Below, in pieces: positions 35,456-43,160 of a stretch of 43,160 nt of DNA. Made by a program: the position numbers and the translations under genes. Numbering within the stretch: the stretch's first letter is position 1; the number at the start of each line of letters is the position of its first letter. The notes under the pieces are model-generated. The model was not told the origin of the DNA and searched no databases. It was given only the letters and a program-made list of their open reading frames with translations. Source of the DNA: Candidatus Saccharimonadota bacterium (GTDB lineage Bacteria; Patescibacteriota; Saccharimonadia; Saccharimonadales; SZUA-47); the NCBI GenBank assembly GCA_043727115.1, contig JAYSZA010000004.1, forward strand, positions 1 through 43,160. Direction: 5' to 3'.

Positions 35456-35998
35456 ATGAATATGTGTATAGGTATAGATTGTGATAGAAAAGCTGAGTGT
35501 CTAGGGAAATATTGCACAAAGCACTACAATCGTTTTAAGCGTCATGGGGATGCGGAAACCGTACTGTATGCTCCTGACGGCAGTGGTTACATAAAGAAGG
35601 GCTATAGGTACATGTTTGTAGATGGTAAGAAAATAGCCGAACATGTTTTGGTAGCCACCGAAAAGTATGGGAGGTCGCCCGAAAAGAATGAAATCGTACA
35701 CCACGTTAATCACAATAAACTGGATAACAGAGCAGATAACTTAGTTATTCTTGACCGAGCCGATCACGTATCTTACCACCAGATAAAAAGCGAAGTAGTC
35801 GATGGTACGAGAAAATGCACTAAATGTGGCGTTATCAAGAACTTAAGCGAGTTTAGAAGTGCCAATAGTAGAAGTGGCAAGCGTTCTGAATGTAAAAGCT
35901 GTGGTTACGAATACAGTAAAGACTACTACCATAAAAACAAATACACCAAGCCACACCTTTGGGACCTCGACCTAACGAGGCTTAATAAATTACCGTAA
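35456..35998 (+). CDS. HNH homing endonuclease
   Basis: 'IVHHVNHNKLDNRADNLVILDRADHVSYH' is an HNH core flanked by Cys-rich zinc modules. Trimmed to the ATG at 35456. Its 3' end overlaps the convergent gene by 9 nt. Confidence 0.8.
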   Translation: MNMCIGIDCDRKAECLGKYCTKHYNRFKRHGDAETVLYAPDGSGYIKKGYRYMFVDGKKIAEHVLVATEKYGRSPEKNEIVHHVNHNKLDNRADNLVILDRADHVSYHQIKSEVVDGTRKCTKCGVIKNLSEFRSANSRSGKRSECKSCGYEYSKDYYHKNKYTKPHLWDLDLTRLNKLP

Positions 35999-36436
35999 CG
36001 CAATAAATCTACCCTTAGTTAGCGCCCGTGAGTCAGTCATAATATCATCAACCGTTATACCTGCACCACCACTTACAGTAACTAGCCCAGCAGAGTTATT
36101 GGTGGTGAGCGAAACCTGATTAGCAACCTTTACGTCACCTAGGTTATTATTAGCACCACTCAAGACAACCGTGTATTGTCCATCCTCAAACTCTACTGTA
36201 TAGCCGTTTATAATTTCTACAGACCTTGAGTAAGTAACACCAGACAAAACAAGCTCGCCAATATGACTATGAGTATCTGGATATGCCATACCTTCCGTCA
36301 GGTCATCCTCTAGGTCTTTAAGCTGGAGTCTAAAGGTGTTAATGTTATAACTTCTAACCTCTGGGCTAGCCTGTGTGAGTGTGGTGTCTGCTTTGGGTAC
36401 GAATATAACTTTACCGCCCCAGTCTACGCTTATCAT
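35990..36436 (-). CDS. Virion structural protein (fibre-associated, 148 aa)
   Basis: ATGA-type overlap with the upstream gene, beta-rich composition, position within the fibre module. Confidence 0.4.
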   Translation of the reverse strand: MISVDWGGKVIFVPKADTTLTQASPEVRSYNINTFRLQLKDLEDDLTEGMAYPDTHSHIGELVLSGVTYSRSVEIINGYTVEFEDGQYTVVLSGANNNLGDVKVANQVSLTTNNSAGLVTVSGGAGITVDDIMTDSRALTKGRFIALR

Positions 36437-36678
36437 GCTGTACCACCTCCATTAAACTTGCTAGTTAGAACTTCGGCTCTTAGTTCTCCTACTTCTCTCT
36501 GTAGGTCGGTAGTTATAAGAACGTACTTAGATATGGTGTCTTTCCATTGCTCTATCTCAACTCTAGCTTCTTCTAATTGTTGTTTCTGAGATTTGACAAA
36601 CTCAATAAGCGTATTAAGATTACGCTGATTTAACTCATTTTGGAGTTGTTCTTTTTCTTCGTATTCTTGGTCTGTCAT
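36433..36678 (-). CDS. Coiled-coil phage protein (81 aa)
   Basis: Heptad-like charged sequence, tightly packed in the operon. Confidence 0.4.
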   Translation of the reverse strand: MTDQEYEEKEQLQNELNQRNLNTLIEFVKSQKQQLEEARVEIEQWKDTISKYVLITTDLQREVGELRAEVLTSKFNGGGTA

Positions 36679-36687
36679 GTAATCATC

Positions 36688-38520
36688 CTATTCGTCGGCT
36701 ATCATTAAGGCTATTGGATTTGCGCCAGCAGTTATGCTAACCGTTCCACTCACCAAACCTGTTTTATAATACGGTTGAGTAGTAGATTTTCTAGCCCAGC
36801 CACTGAACGGTTGAGCCGATGAGAACACTCTACTCATTGTTATTTCACCACTTCCATTTGTTGTACCGCTCAAAATCACAAAAGTAGAGGTTATCGTACC
36901 TGTTGGACTTGAGCCTGGGGTAGAACCCATAGTATAAGTATAGGTGTTAGTAGTAACGCCAGTAATCGTAAACACTCCATTATTAGCATCTAGTGAAGCA
37001 CCCTTGATAAGTATCTTATCATTTACAGCTAAACCGTGTGCTGTATGGGTAACGGTGGCTGTAGTACCTGAGTTTACAATTGTTACAGTGACATCAACAG
37101 GAAATGGGCCACCTGACGTTGCTTGCACGAATACGTTAGCACTGGCTATAGCTGTACCTGTAGCTGTCTGTGCCTTCAGTGTGACCGAAACCGTACCAGA
37201 TACGATTACAACAGTAGCACCGTCTGATTTATAGGTAGGAGTACTCCCACCCACTACGTTAATTGTGACTGTACCAGTAGTTCTTTTGATGTGTAGAGCT
37301 GCTGAGGTACTTGCGTCTGCGCCATAGCCTGAGAAGTTTACATCCGTCAGTGTCATTGCTGTAGGTGAGGTAAGCCCAAACTCTATGGCATGAGTTGTTC
37401 CAGTCCCTTTAGTGAATGTCGTGCCGTCTAAATATCCATTGGGGTCTACTGCCGTGTTCCACACGAGAGCCGATTTATCAGATGCACCACTATAGTTTGA
37501 GATGCTTGAGTTAGTAATGATTGCTGAGTTAGCTGTAATCTGTCCGCAACGAGTAAACGAAGTATCATCTACTGTGGTGTTCGATAGAAACTGGAATGTG
37601 GCCATGTCATTAAAAGTACAGCTAGTTATAGCGACAGTAGCATTGTCTATCACTTCAAAATCACCCTTAGACGCTGTTGTACTTGGTGATAAGTTGGTAA
37701 TCGTTATGCCTACCCACTCCACGTTAGATGTGGCTTGTCTAATCTCAATCTTATTGAACGTCGATGATACTTTACGAGTGTCCTGAACTAGAATCGTCTT
37801 GTTGGAGTCTCGAAAATCGACTAAAGAGGTGTACCCTAGAGTAATTAACCCTTTCCATAGATAGCCACCGTCAGTCGCCTGAATCAAACCCCATCTGTTC
37901 GTTGTCGTGTCATTCTGGGTAGCAAAGCCAGCAAACGTTGCATAGTTGGCGGTTTCTCCACCATTTATTCTTGCTTCGGCTCTTCCGTAGCGAATTATGT
38001 CCACTACATGAGGTTGTCCTCTAGCAACAACTTGGGTCAATATACCCATACTTCCAACGCCATATACACTTGTTCCACCCGTTGGTGGTGTGCCGTTGGT
38101 GTAGTCGGCAGTCACCGTAGGGTCAACAGGGTTGTTAACCCATTTACCATAAGGGAAAGGAGGTGTGTCGACACCGTTCACTGCCCACGCCTTCCAATCG
38201 CTTACTGTACTACCTGCTACTACAAGCCGTAATCCACCATTAGCATATGTAGCGAGTGCAGTTGCTACACCGTGACCATGCCATACTAAGAACACCTGCC
38301 CAGACGATAATGTTACTGGGCTTCCCAAGATACGACACATCGAAAATAGTGCCGTGGTATTGGTAATCTGCGAGACAGTGTTTGTGCCCTGTAAGGCACT
38401 CTCGGTGTCAACTTCATCAGGTGCGCCACCGTTTGTTGCAGTAGTAAGCTCACTCCAAGCAGTTGTGTCTCCGTCTGCAATCCAATCGGTTAAATCTGTA
38501 GTATAGCTAGGTGCTGCCAT
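36688..38520 (-). CDS. Tailspike-like protein with beta-helix repeats (610 aa)
   Basis: Start reset to 38520 (MAAPSYTT), preceded by 'AAGGAG'. The central 'ITNLS..FEVIDNATVAITSCTFNDM..FTRCGQITANSAIITNSSISN' periodicity is typical of a right-handed beta-helix. Confidence 0.5.
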   Translation of the reverse strand: MAAPSYTTDLTDWIADGDTTAWSELTTATNGGAPDEVDTESALQGTNTVSQITNTTALFSMCRILGSPVTLSSGQVFLVWHGHGVATALATYANGGLRLVVAGSTVSDWKAWAVNGVDTPPFPYGKWVNNPVDPTVTADYTNGTPPTGGTSVYGVGSMGILTQVVARGQPHVVDIIRYGRAEARINGGETANYATFAGFATQNDTTTNRWGLIQATDGGYLWKGLITLGYTSLVDFRDSNKTILVQDTRKVSSTFNKIEIRQATSNVEWVGITITNLSPSTTASKGDFEVIDNATVAITSCTFNDMATFQFLSNTTVDDTSFTRCGQITANSAIITNSSISNYSGASDKSALVWNTAVDPNGYLDGTTFTKGTGTTHAIEFGLTSPTAMTLTDVNFSGYGADASTSAALHIKRTTGTVTINVVGGSTPTYKSDGATVVIVSGTVSVTLKAQTATGTAIASANVFVQATSGGPFPVDVTVTIVNSGTTATVTHTAHGLAVNDKILIKGASLDANNGVFTITGVTTNTYTYTMGSTPGSSPTGTITSTFVILSGTTNGSGEITMSRVFSSAQPFSGWARKSTTQPYYKTGLVSGTVSITAGANPIALMIADE

Positions 38521-38530
38521 TTTAAGCTCC

Positions 38531-40222
38531 TTAAAGGTCTGTTGTTCTAATTGCTGTAGCTGAACCACCAGCGCTTGTAAGTGCACCAGTAGATTCGAAA
38601 GTCTTAATTGGTGTTCCGCCACCGTCTCTTACTCTTACGAATAGTGTTCGGTTTGCGTCGAAGACCACAGTGAAGCTTTCCTCTGTTGCGGTCGCTACCT
38701 TTGAGATGTACTCAAGGTACACGTTGTTAGCTGCGGTTGCTGCAACCGTCAAGAAGTCCTCTTGTCCATCAGTAGAGTCAATCGTGAAGGTTGAACCAGT
38801 CCTTGCACTGTAGTGCAGTCTGCGGTAGAAGCCGTTGTTGTCTGCGACACGAATATACCCAGTGGTAGGTGTGTCCGATGGGATAGTTGTCGTTATTACA
38901 ACTGAGGTTATGTTGTTAGCGTTTAGCGTAGTGTTTAGCGCAAATTGGTTGTAGTCAATCAGTGTAACTGCGTCGTAGTTAGTCACTATGACTGTGTCTT
39001 CCGTTGAAATTAGACCAGATACCGTAAACGTCACGTTGTTAGGCGGTGTACGTGGTGTGCCATCTAGGGCTGTAAAGCTGTCGTTTTGAGTGACATCTGC
39101 GTACTCATAGCCAATACCGTAAGCACCGATGATAGCTGTACCAGTAGATGAACCTAAGAAACATACTTTAGGCACTGTCTTAGCTGATACTGCACCAGTG
39201 GTTGCTGAGGCAGTTGCGCCAGCTACCGTTAGAGCTGTTACTGGCGCTGCGCCCGTAAGATGTTGGATGTAGAGGTTGCCCGTAGCACCATCGTCATCTA
39301 GTGCAAGTAGTGCACCAGTTCCGAGAGTAGCACCAGTACCCCAAGTTAGAACTTCGTTTTGAGTAAATGGCCCAGCAGTTTCACCTGAGTAAGCTATAGA
39401 GTGTGTGATGCCCCTGAACAAATCACCGTTCATACCATAGAGTGTTGAAGCAGTACCTCTACGAGTAAGCCATTTCCCACGCTCGTAGACATCGTTAATA
39501 GACTGCGTGCCCTTGTTCCACTCAGAATAGTACTCTTCAGTGGCGCTGTTGTTGTCTATGTCAATGAGTCGCAAGCCCTCAGTATTTGTAATTGAAGCCC
39601 AACCTGAGATAGTTCCAGCAACTGTACCATTGTTGGTGTCACCCTGTGTTGAGATAGCGAATACGTTGTTACCACGAGCTGTTCCGTTTACTAAGAATTC
39701 ATCGTATGTGTCGCCAAGCTCTCTAGCAAATATTCTTAATCTCTTACCATCGATGTCTGTGGCTGCGGTACGAACCTTGAGACAAAGACGAAGCAAAATG
39801 TTTTGACCTGCGTCAGCGTTTAGTCCAGTACTCCAGTAAGAGGTTACTATGGCGTTATTCTGTACAATTTGCAGTTGTGTTCCTGCAACTGTGCTACCCA
39901 CAACGAGGATACCATCATAAATAACATCGCCGTCTGTTTGCACGATAGAACCATCGTATAAGTGTTCTGCTGCTGTGTCATCAATGTTGTATCCGTTAAT
40001 CAGTGTGATGATGTTATCGGTGCTTCTCTCAGATGGTGTAGTGTCTGTGATGTCTAGTTCGTCATCACCCGATGATGTTAAATCATCAGCAAATGCTTGC
40101 AAGTTTCGGTGGAAGTCAATTACTGTTGAGTAACTAGGTGCACCACCACCATGAGCGTCTCCTGTATATCTTATGTTTCCCGTCTGGCGGTCAATCGTCC
40201 AGTCGGCTGCTACAAATGCCAT
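38531..40222 (-). CDS. Large beta-rich virion structural protein (563 aa)
   Basis: T/G/A/N-rich composition, and a TAATG overlap with the upstream small ORF. Confidence 0.4.
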   Translation of the reverse strand: MAFVAADWTIDRQTGNIRYTGDAHGGGAPSYSTVIDFHRNLQAFADDLTSSGDDELDITDTTPSERSTDNIITLINGYNIDDTAAEHLYDGSIVQTDGDVIYDGILVVGSTVAGTQLQIVQNNAIVTSYWSTGLNADAGQNILLRLCLKVRTAATDIDGKRLRIFARELGDTYDEFLVNGTARGNNVFAISTQGDTNNGTVAGTISGWASITNTEGLRLIDIDNNSATEEYYSEWNKGTQSINDVYERGKWLTRRGTASTLYGMNGDLFRGITHSIAYSGETAGPFTQNEVLTWGTGATLGTGALLALDDDGATGNLYIQHLTGAAPVTALTVAGATASATTGAVSAKTVPKVCFLGSSTGTAIIGAYGIGYEYADVTQNDSFTALDGTPRTPPNNVTFTVSGLISTEDTVIVTNYDAVTLIDYNQFALNTTLNANNITSVVITTTIPSDTPTTGYIRVADNNGFYRRLHYSARTGSTFTIDSTDGQEDFLTVAATAANNVYLEYISKVATATEESFTVVFDANRTLFVRVRDGGGTPIKTFESTGALTSAGGSATAIRTTDL

Positions 40223-40365
40223 TATTTATTCCCCTTTTTTAGTTTTTCTGCCAGTTCAGGACTCACGTCTAAAACTCCTCTGTAAACGACTCCGTCAAGT
40301 TCTACTGGATAATCTAGTTCTATCCTTGGAACTTCTGGAGTGTCGTCTGATTTCTTTCTACCCAT
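40222..40365 (-). CDS. Small ORF (47 aa)
   Basis: Translated by hand as MGRKKSDDTPEVPRIELDYPVELDGVVYRGVLDVSPELAEKLKKGNK. It fills the gap, and its stop overlaps the next ATG. Confidence 0.35.
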   Translation of the reverse strand: MGRKKSDDTPEVPRIELDYPVELDGVVYRGVLDVSPELAEKLKKGNK

Positions 40366-40387
40366 TGTAGAACTCCTTTGTTTAATA

Positions 40388-41380
40388 TTAAAAAACCTCA
40401 TCCATTCTGCCGTACGTTAATGAAGCAATAGCAGCCCACGCACTTGCATAGGTTGTTACTGCACCATTATTCGTAACTGTGGCGTATCTGAGTGTAGTGT
40501 CGGTTAGTTTCTTAACAAGCCATGTTCCGTCAGGTTTGGTATAGCCAAAGTATTCAGTTAGAGCTGTAGTCGTAGCGTCAGAGTCGTTGAATTGAAATTC
40601 AGCAAGTGTTGAGGCTTCGGCTGTTATAGTTCCGGTAATGGGTACAGCGCCGTTATCTAGCTGAATAGGTACAGGTGTACCGGCATCATTGACAGCTACC
40701 CATGAACTACCGCCACCGCCTCCTCCGCCACCAACAGGTTTTTCAAGTATTCCTTTCAGAATCTTGGTCTGCTTTTTCTGTTCGTCAGTGATTGGTTTGA
40801 TGTCTGTCGGTTTGACTTCCGGTATCTTTATCTTTGATACGGATTTATCGAAACTATCTTTAATCTCTTTAGTGAGGGGTTTTAGATCAGGAGCTTCTAC
40901 TGTTATGTCTGGTGCTTCATAGGTAACAACAGGTGCTTCTACTGTAGTTTCTTGAGCTTTGACTGCTTCTTTTACATCCTCTATCCCAGTTAGTAAACTT
41001 GATAGGACTTCTGAATAATCTATAAACTTCTGTTCAGGTGCTTCTGGTAGCTCTTTAGGGATTGATTTTAATAATTCTACTGCTTGACTTAGAAACTCAT
41101 TCGTATCTGTTAAGTCAGTGTTCTCACGTGTCTTTAGAGTTTCGTGCATGTCATTGACTGCTTCTGCAACCTTTAACGCGTCTGGTGTGCCAATTTCTCG
41201 TAATTGATTTACTATAATGGCTTTGATTGTCTGATTATCTTGGTGGTCGGCTAGGGCTTTAACAGACTTAACCACCGTCTTCTGTAGCTCTATGTTAGCT
41301 AACTGAGTTTCGGTGTGTTTGTTGGCTTCTGCCTGTGTGAGAGCTTTTTGCTCGTTTATTGATTTAAGATTTTCAAACAT
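40388..41380 (-). CDS. Coiled-coil - Gly8 hinge - beta-domain protein (head or tail fibre candidate)
   Basis: 330 aa with an alpha-helical charged N-terminal ~215 aa, eight consecutive Gly (40709-40732) and a beta-rich C-terminal ~100 aa. Confidence 0.4.
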   Translation of the reverse strand: MFENLKSINEQKALTQAEANKHTETQLANIELQKTVVKSVKALADHQDNQTIKAIIVNQLREIGTPDALKVAEAVNDMHETLKTRENTDLTDTNEFLSQAVELLKSIPKELPEAPEQKFIDYSEVLSSLLTGIEDVKEAVKAQETTVEAPVVTYEAPDITVEAPDLKPLTKEIKDSFDKSVSKIKIPEVKPTDIKPITDEQKKQTKILKGILEKPVGGGGGGGGSSWVAVNDAGTPVPIQLDNGAVPITGTITAEASTLAEFQFNDSDATTTALTEYFGYTKPDGTWLVKKLTDTTLRYATVTNNGAVTTYASAWAAIASLTYGRMDEVF

Positions 41381-41465
41381 ATATTTCCTTGGTTGTTAGC
41401 TTTTGTCCTGTAGCGTTCTGCCGTCTGTCGGTACGCTATCTGTAGGGATTCGCTAACTAATTAAC

Positions 41466-41834
41466 TTATGCTTCTTGAGTCCAAGTTCCGTATGAGCTAA
41501 CTACAACCCAACCGTTAGCACCGTCGCCACGTAGGTGTAGATAGTCCCCACCACGTCCGTCAGTGTTAATGAAGTCTTTGTTGTCAGCAGCGGTTACGCC
41601 GTTACCAGCGATTAGGTCTATAGCAGCAGGGCTAACGTTGATAGTTACACCACCGTCAGTTGTTCCAGCACCACCATTGGCAAAGATGAACTCAAAGCCT
41701 ACAGCAGTAGAAGGAAGTGTGATTGTCGTATCAACAGTCGCGACCTGTACTACACCGTTGTCGGTTGCGTCCACAGTCTTTGTTGGACTAGATACCAACT
41801 CGCTATTTGCGAATGGGGATAAATGAAATGACAT
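41466..41834 (-). CDS. Head decoration-like protein (122 aa)
   Basis: Small beta-rich G/T/V-rich protein two genes downstream of the capsid gene. SD 'AAGGAGAAA'. Confidence 0.35.
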   Translation of the reverse strand: MSFHLSPFANSELVSSPTKTVDATDNGVVQVATVDTTITLPSTAVGFEFIFANGGAGTTDGGVTINVSPAAIDLIAGNGVTAADNKDFINTDGRGGDYLHLRGDGANGWVVVSSYGTWTQEA

Positions 41835-41837
41835 TTA

Positions 41838-42011
41838 TTATTTCTCCTTTTTTAATGAAGGCTTGGCTGGCGAACCGCTTTCAATTTCTTTTTGCGCTAT
41901 CTCCAGCTTTCGCTCTTCTTCTTGTTGTTCAATGCGTCGTCTAGTTCGGGAAGCAGCTCTCATCTTTGCGACGTCTAGTGCTGCGATTCCCTGGTTTACT
42001 CTTTCTAACAT
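41838..42011 (-). CDS. Small basic coiled-coil ORF (57 aa)
   Basis: Translated by hand as MLERVNQGIAALDVAKMRAASRTRRRIEQQEEERKLEIAQKEIESGSPAKPSLKKEK. It fills the capsid-decoration gap. Confidence 0.35.
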   Translation of the reverse strand: MLERVNQGIAALDVAKMRAASRTRRRIEQQEEERKLEIAQKEIESGSPAKPSLKKEK

Positions 42012-42060
42012 GTCATTCTCCTTCTTTTAAGTTATTGCTCTAGTCAGTTAGAGAAACTAA

Positions 42061-42897
42061 CTAGGCTGTCTTGTGTATTCCGATTTGGTTTACTTTGTTT
42101 GTGTCTACGAAACAGTCAAATGCAATACGTCCTTCAATTTTCCAACCATTCAAGCCCACTGGGTTCTTGTGTGTGATGTAGTCAGTCAAAGTGTCTGCAA
42201 ATGTTGCAACGTCTTTGTGAGTGATTACAAGGTCGGTGTTAGCTGGCATTTCTGCACTTGTGTGGATAACAACTTCACAGCCATCGACTGTTCCAAGGTT
42301 TCCACTCTTACGGTCACGGTATGCTGAATCGCTATCTAGTACAAAACCACCCTGTTTTAGGAAGTTGTAGTAGGCAGGAGTCATAACTGCAACACGACCC
42401 TTTTCTTTACCCAAGTTGTTTGAAATGTTTGCTTGGATTGAAAGGAAGTTTGAGTATGCGTTTGTAGCGTCAGTAGCTGCGTCTGTAACGATGTCGTCAC
42501 GGTTAGCTACTTCACCTGCTGTAACAATTGTCTGTAGGACGTATGCGTTTACGTAAGGTACGATAACTTCGTCAACTTCTTGTGCTAGGAATAGTCCTGG
42601 CTTGATAACACCCATAGATTGAGAGCTGTTTAGGCGGTCAATTGTAGCGTTAATAGCTTTGTCCTCTTGCAACTGCCATGTCTGAGTGGTTGTGCCAACT
42701 TCGGTTCTTTCACCGTATCGGTCACCATCACCAGCACGGTTATAGTCCTGCAAAGGTGTTGTGTTTACTGAATAGATCTTAATTGTGTCTACGCCAGTCC
42801 AGTCGAAATTCTTGTTAGTAACCATTCCTACAACAGATTCACTGTGTAGTCGTTTGCTAACTTTATCGCTGAACTTTGAGGCTAAGTTCTGTGCCAT
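42061..42897 (-). CDS. Major capsid protein candidate (278 aa)
   Basis: It follows a scaffold-like acidic/basic protein. Size and composition are compatible with a compact HK97-fold coat protein. No motif-level proof. Confidence 0.55.
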   Translation of the reverse strand: MAQNLASKFSDKVSKRLHSESVVGMVTNKNFDWTGVDTIKIYSVNTTPLQDYNRAGDGDRYGERTEVGTTTQTWQLQEDKAINATIDRLNSSQSMGVIKPGLFLAQEVDEVIVPYVNAYVLQTIVTAGEVANRDDIVTDAATDATNAYSNFLSIQANISNNLGKEKGRVAVMTPAYYNFLKQGGFVLDSDSAYRDRKSGNLGTVDGCEVVIHTSAEMPANTDLVITHKDVATFADTLTDYITHKNPVGLNGWKIEGRIAFDCFVDTNKVNQIGIHKTA

Positions 42898-42932
42898 TTT
42901 TAAAGTTCTCCGTTTGTTAAACGGCTGAGGTT

Positions 42933-43160
42933 TTATCTGTCAAAGTAACTATCAAAGTCATCTATGTCAGAGTCTTTCTTCGGTTCTTTTGGTTTTCTAG
43001 CTGGAGGTGTCAGAGTCCTCTTGCTTTGTTCGGACTTCTGTTCTGCCTGCTGTCTTGCACCAACACCAGAAAGCTTTTTGATTCGCTCAGCCTTTTCTGA
43101 TATGAATTGGTACACGTCAGCTTTAACTTCCACAGGATTGCCATTCTTGTCTTTTACAAC
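42933..43160 (-). CDS. Scaffolding-like protein, C-terminal part (open at the window edge)
   Basis: The reading frame stays open to position 43160, and the track start at 43133 is an internal GTG. Highly charged K/E/Q-rich sequence directly upstream of the capsid gene. Confidence 0.45.
   Translation of the reverse strand, partial: VVKDKNGNPVEVKADVYQFISEKAERIKKLSGVGARQQAEQKSEQSKRTLTPPARKPKEPKKDSDIDDFDSYFDR

Larger units (their letters stand above)
19396..43160 (-). mobile_element. Integrated podovirus-like prophage (partial; the left att lies somewhere in 18575-19395 and the right end is beyond the window)
   Basis: An integrase is followed by a contiguous minus-strand block of lysis, tail, internal-virion and capsid genes with tight or overlapping junctions and strong SD sites. 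It abuts a housekeeping operon. Confidence 0.8.

Noticed and set aside
40709-40732. The Gly8 tract as a homopolymeric phase-variation or frameshift site
   Set aside because: The DNA is a mix of GGT/GGC/GGA codons with no mononucleotide run longer than 2-3 nt, so slipped-strand mispairing is unlikely.

Overview
The window has two parts. (1) Positions 1-18.6 kb are chromosomal backbone of a compact, moderately AT-rich bacterium. The gene content and style are reminiscent of a reduced-genome lineage such as Patescibacteria/CPR, but that is an unverified inference. This part carries xth, pyrH, smpB, a GT2/glycosidase/GT2 glycan cluster, a secreted CAP/SCP protein, a P-loop kinase, an ArsR-type regulator paired with a cytidine-deaminase-like protein, a CobO-type adenosyltransferase, and an F1Fo ATP synthase operon. 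The operon order is atpZ-like, B, E, F, H, A, G, a 52-aa ORF, then D, with no atpC. (2) After an 820-nt ORF-poor, strongly structured spacer (18575-19395), the rest is an integrated podovirus-like prophage. It has a tyrosine integrase on the + strand (19396-20292) and at least 23 kb of minus-strand genes that run off the right edge: scaffold, capsid, fibre/spike proteins, internal virion proteins including a 1515-aa giant, tubular-like proteins, an M23 lysis cassette and a small nuclease/peptidase cluster. The structural module is interrupted by a moron island (CAP-domain protein, DUF3761-like protein, HNH endonuclease). The most unusual signal is a ~260-nt RNA-like element at 18841-19102. It has tRNA-Leu-like D and T modules, is sealed by a perfect 17-bp helix, and carries a ~190-nt insert rich in stable tetraloop hairpins. 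It sits between atpD and the integrase, flanked by a candidate promoter/terminator-bounded sRNA and a strong + strand terminator. Other notable points are promoters with a -10 element 5-9 nt from the ATG (leaderless-type) at most first genes, a 22-nt identical promoter cassette used twice, and an ART-like module inside the giant virion protein. No rRNA, canonical tRNA or CRISPR array was found. All functional calls rest on motifs read by eye, not on database searches.
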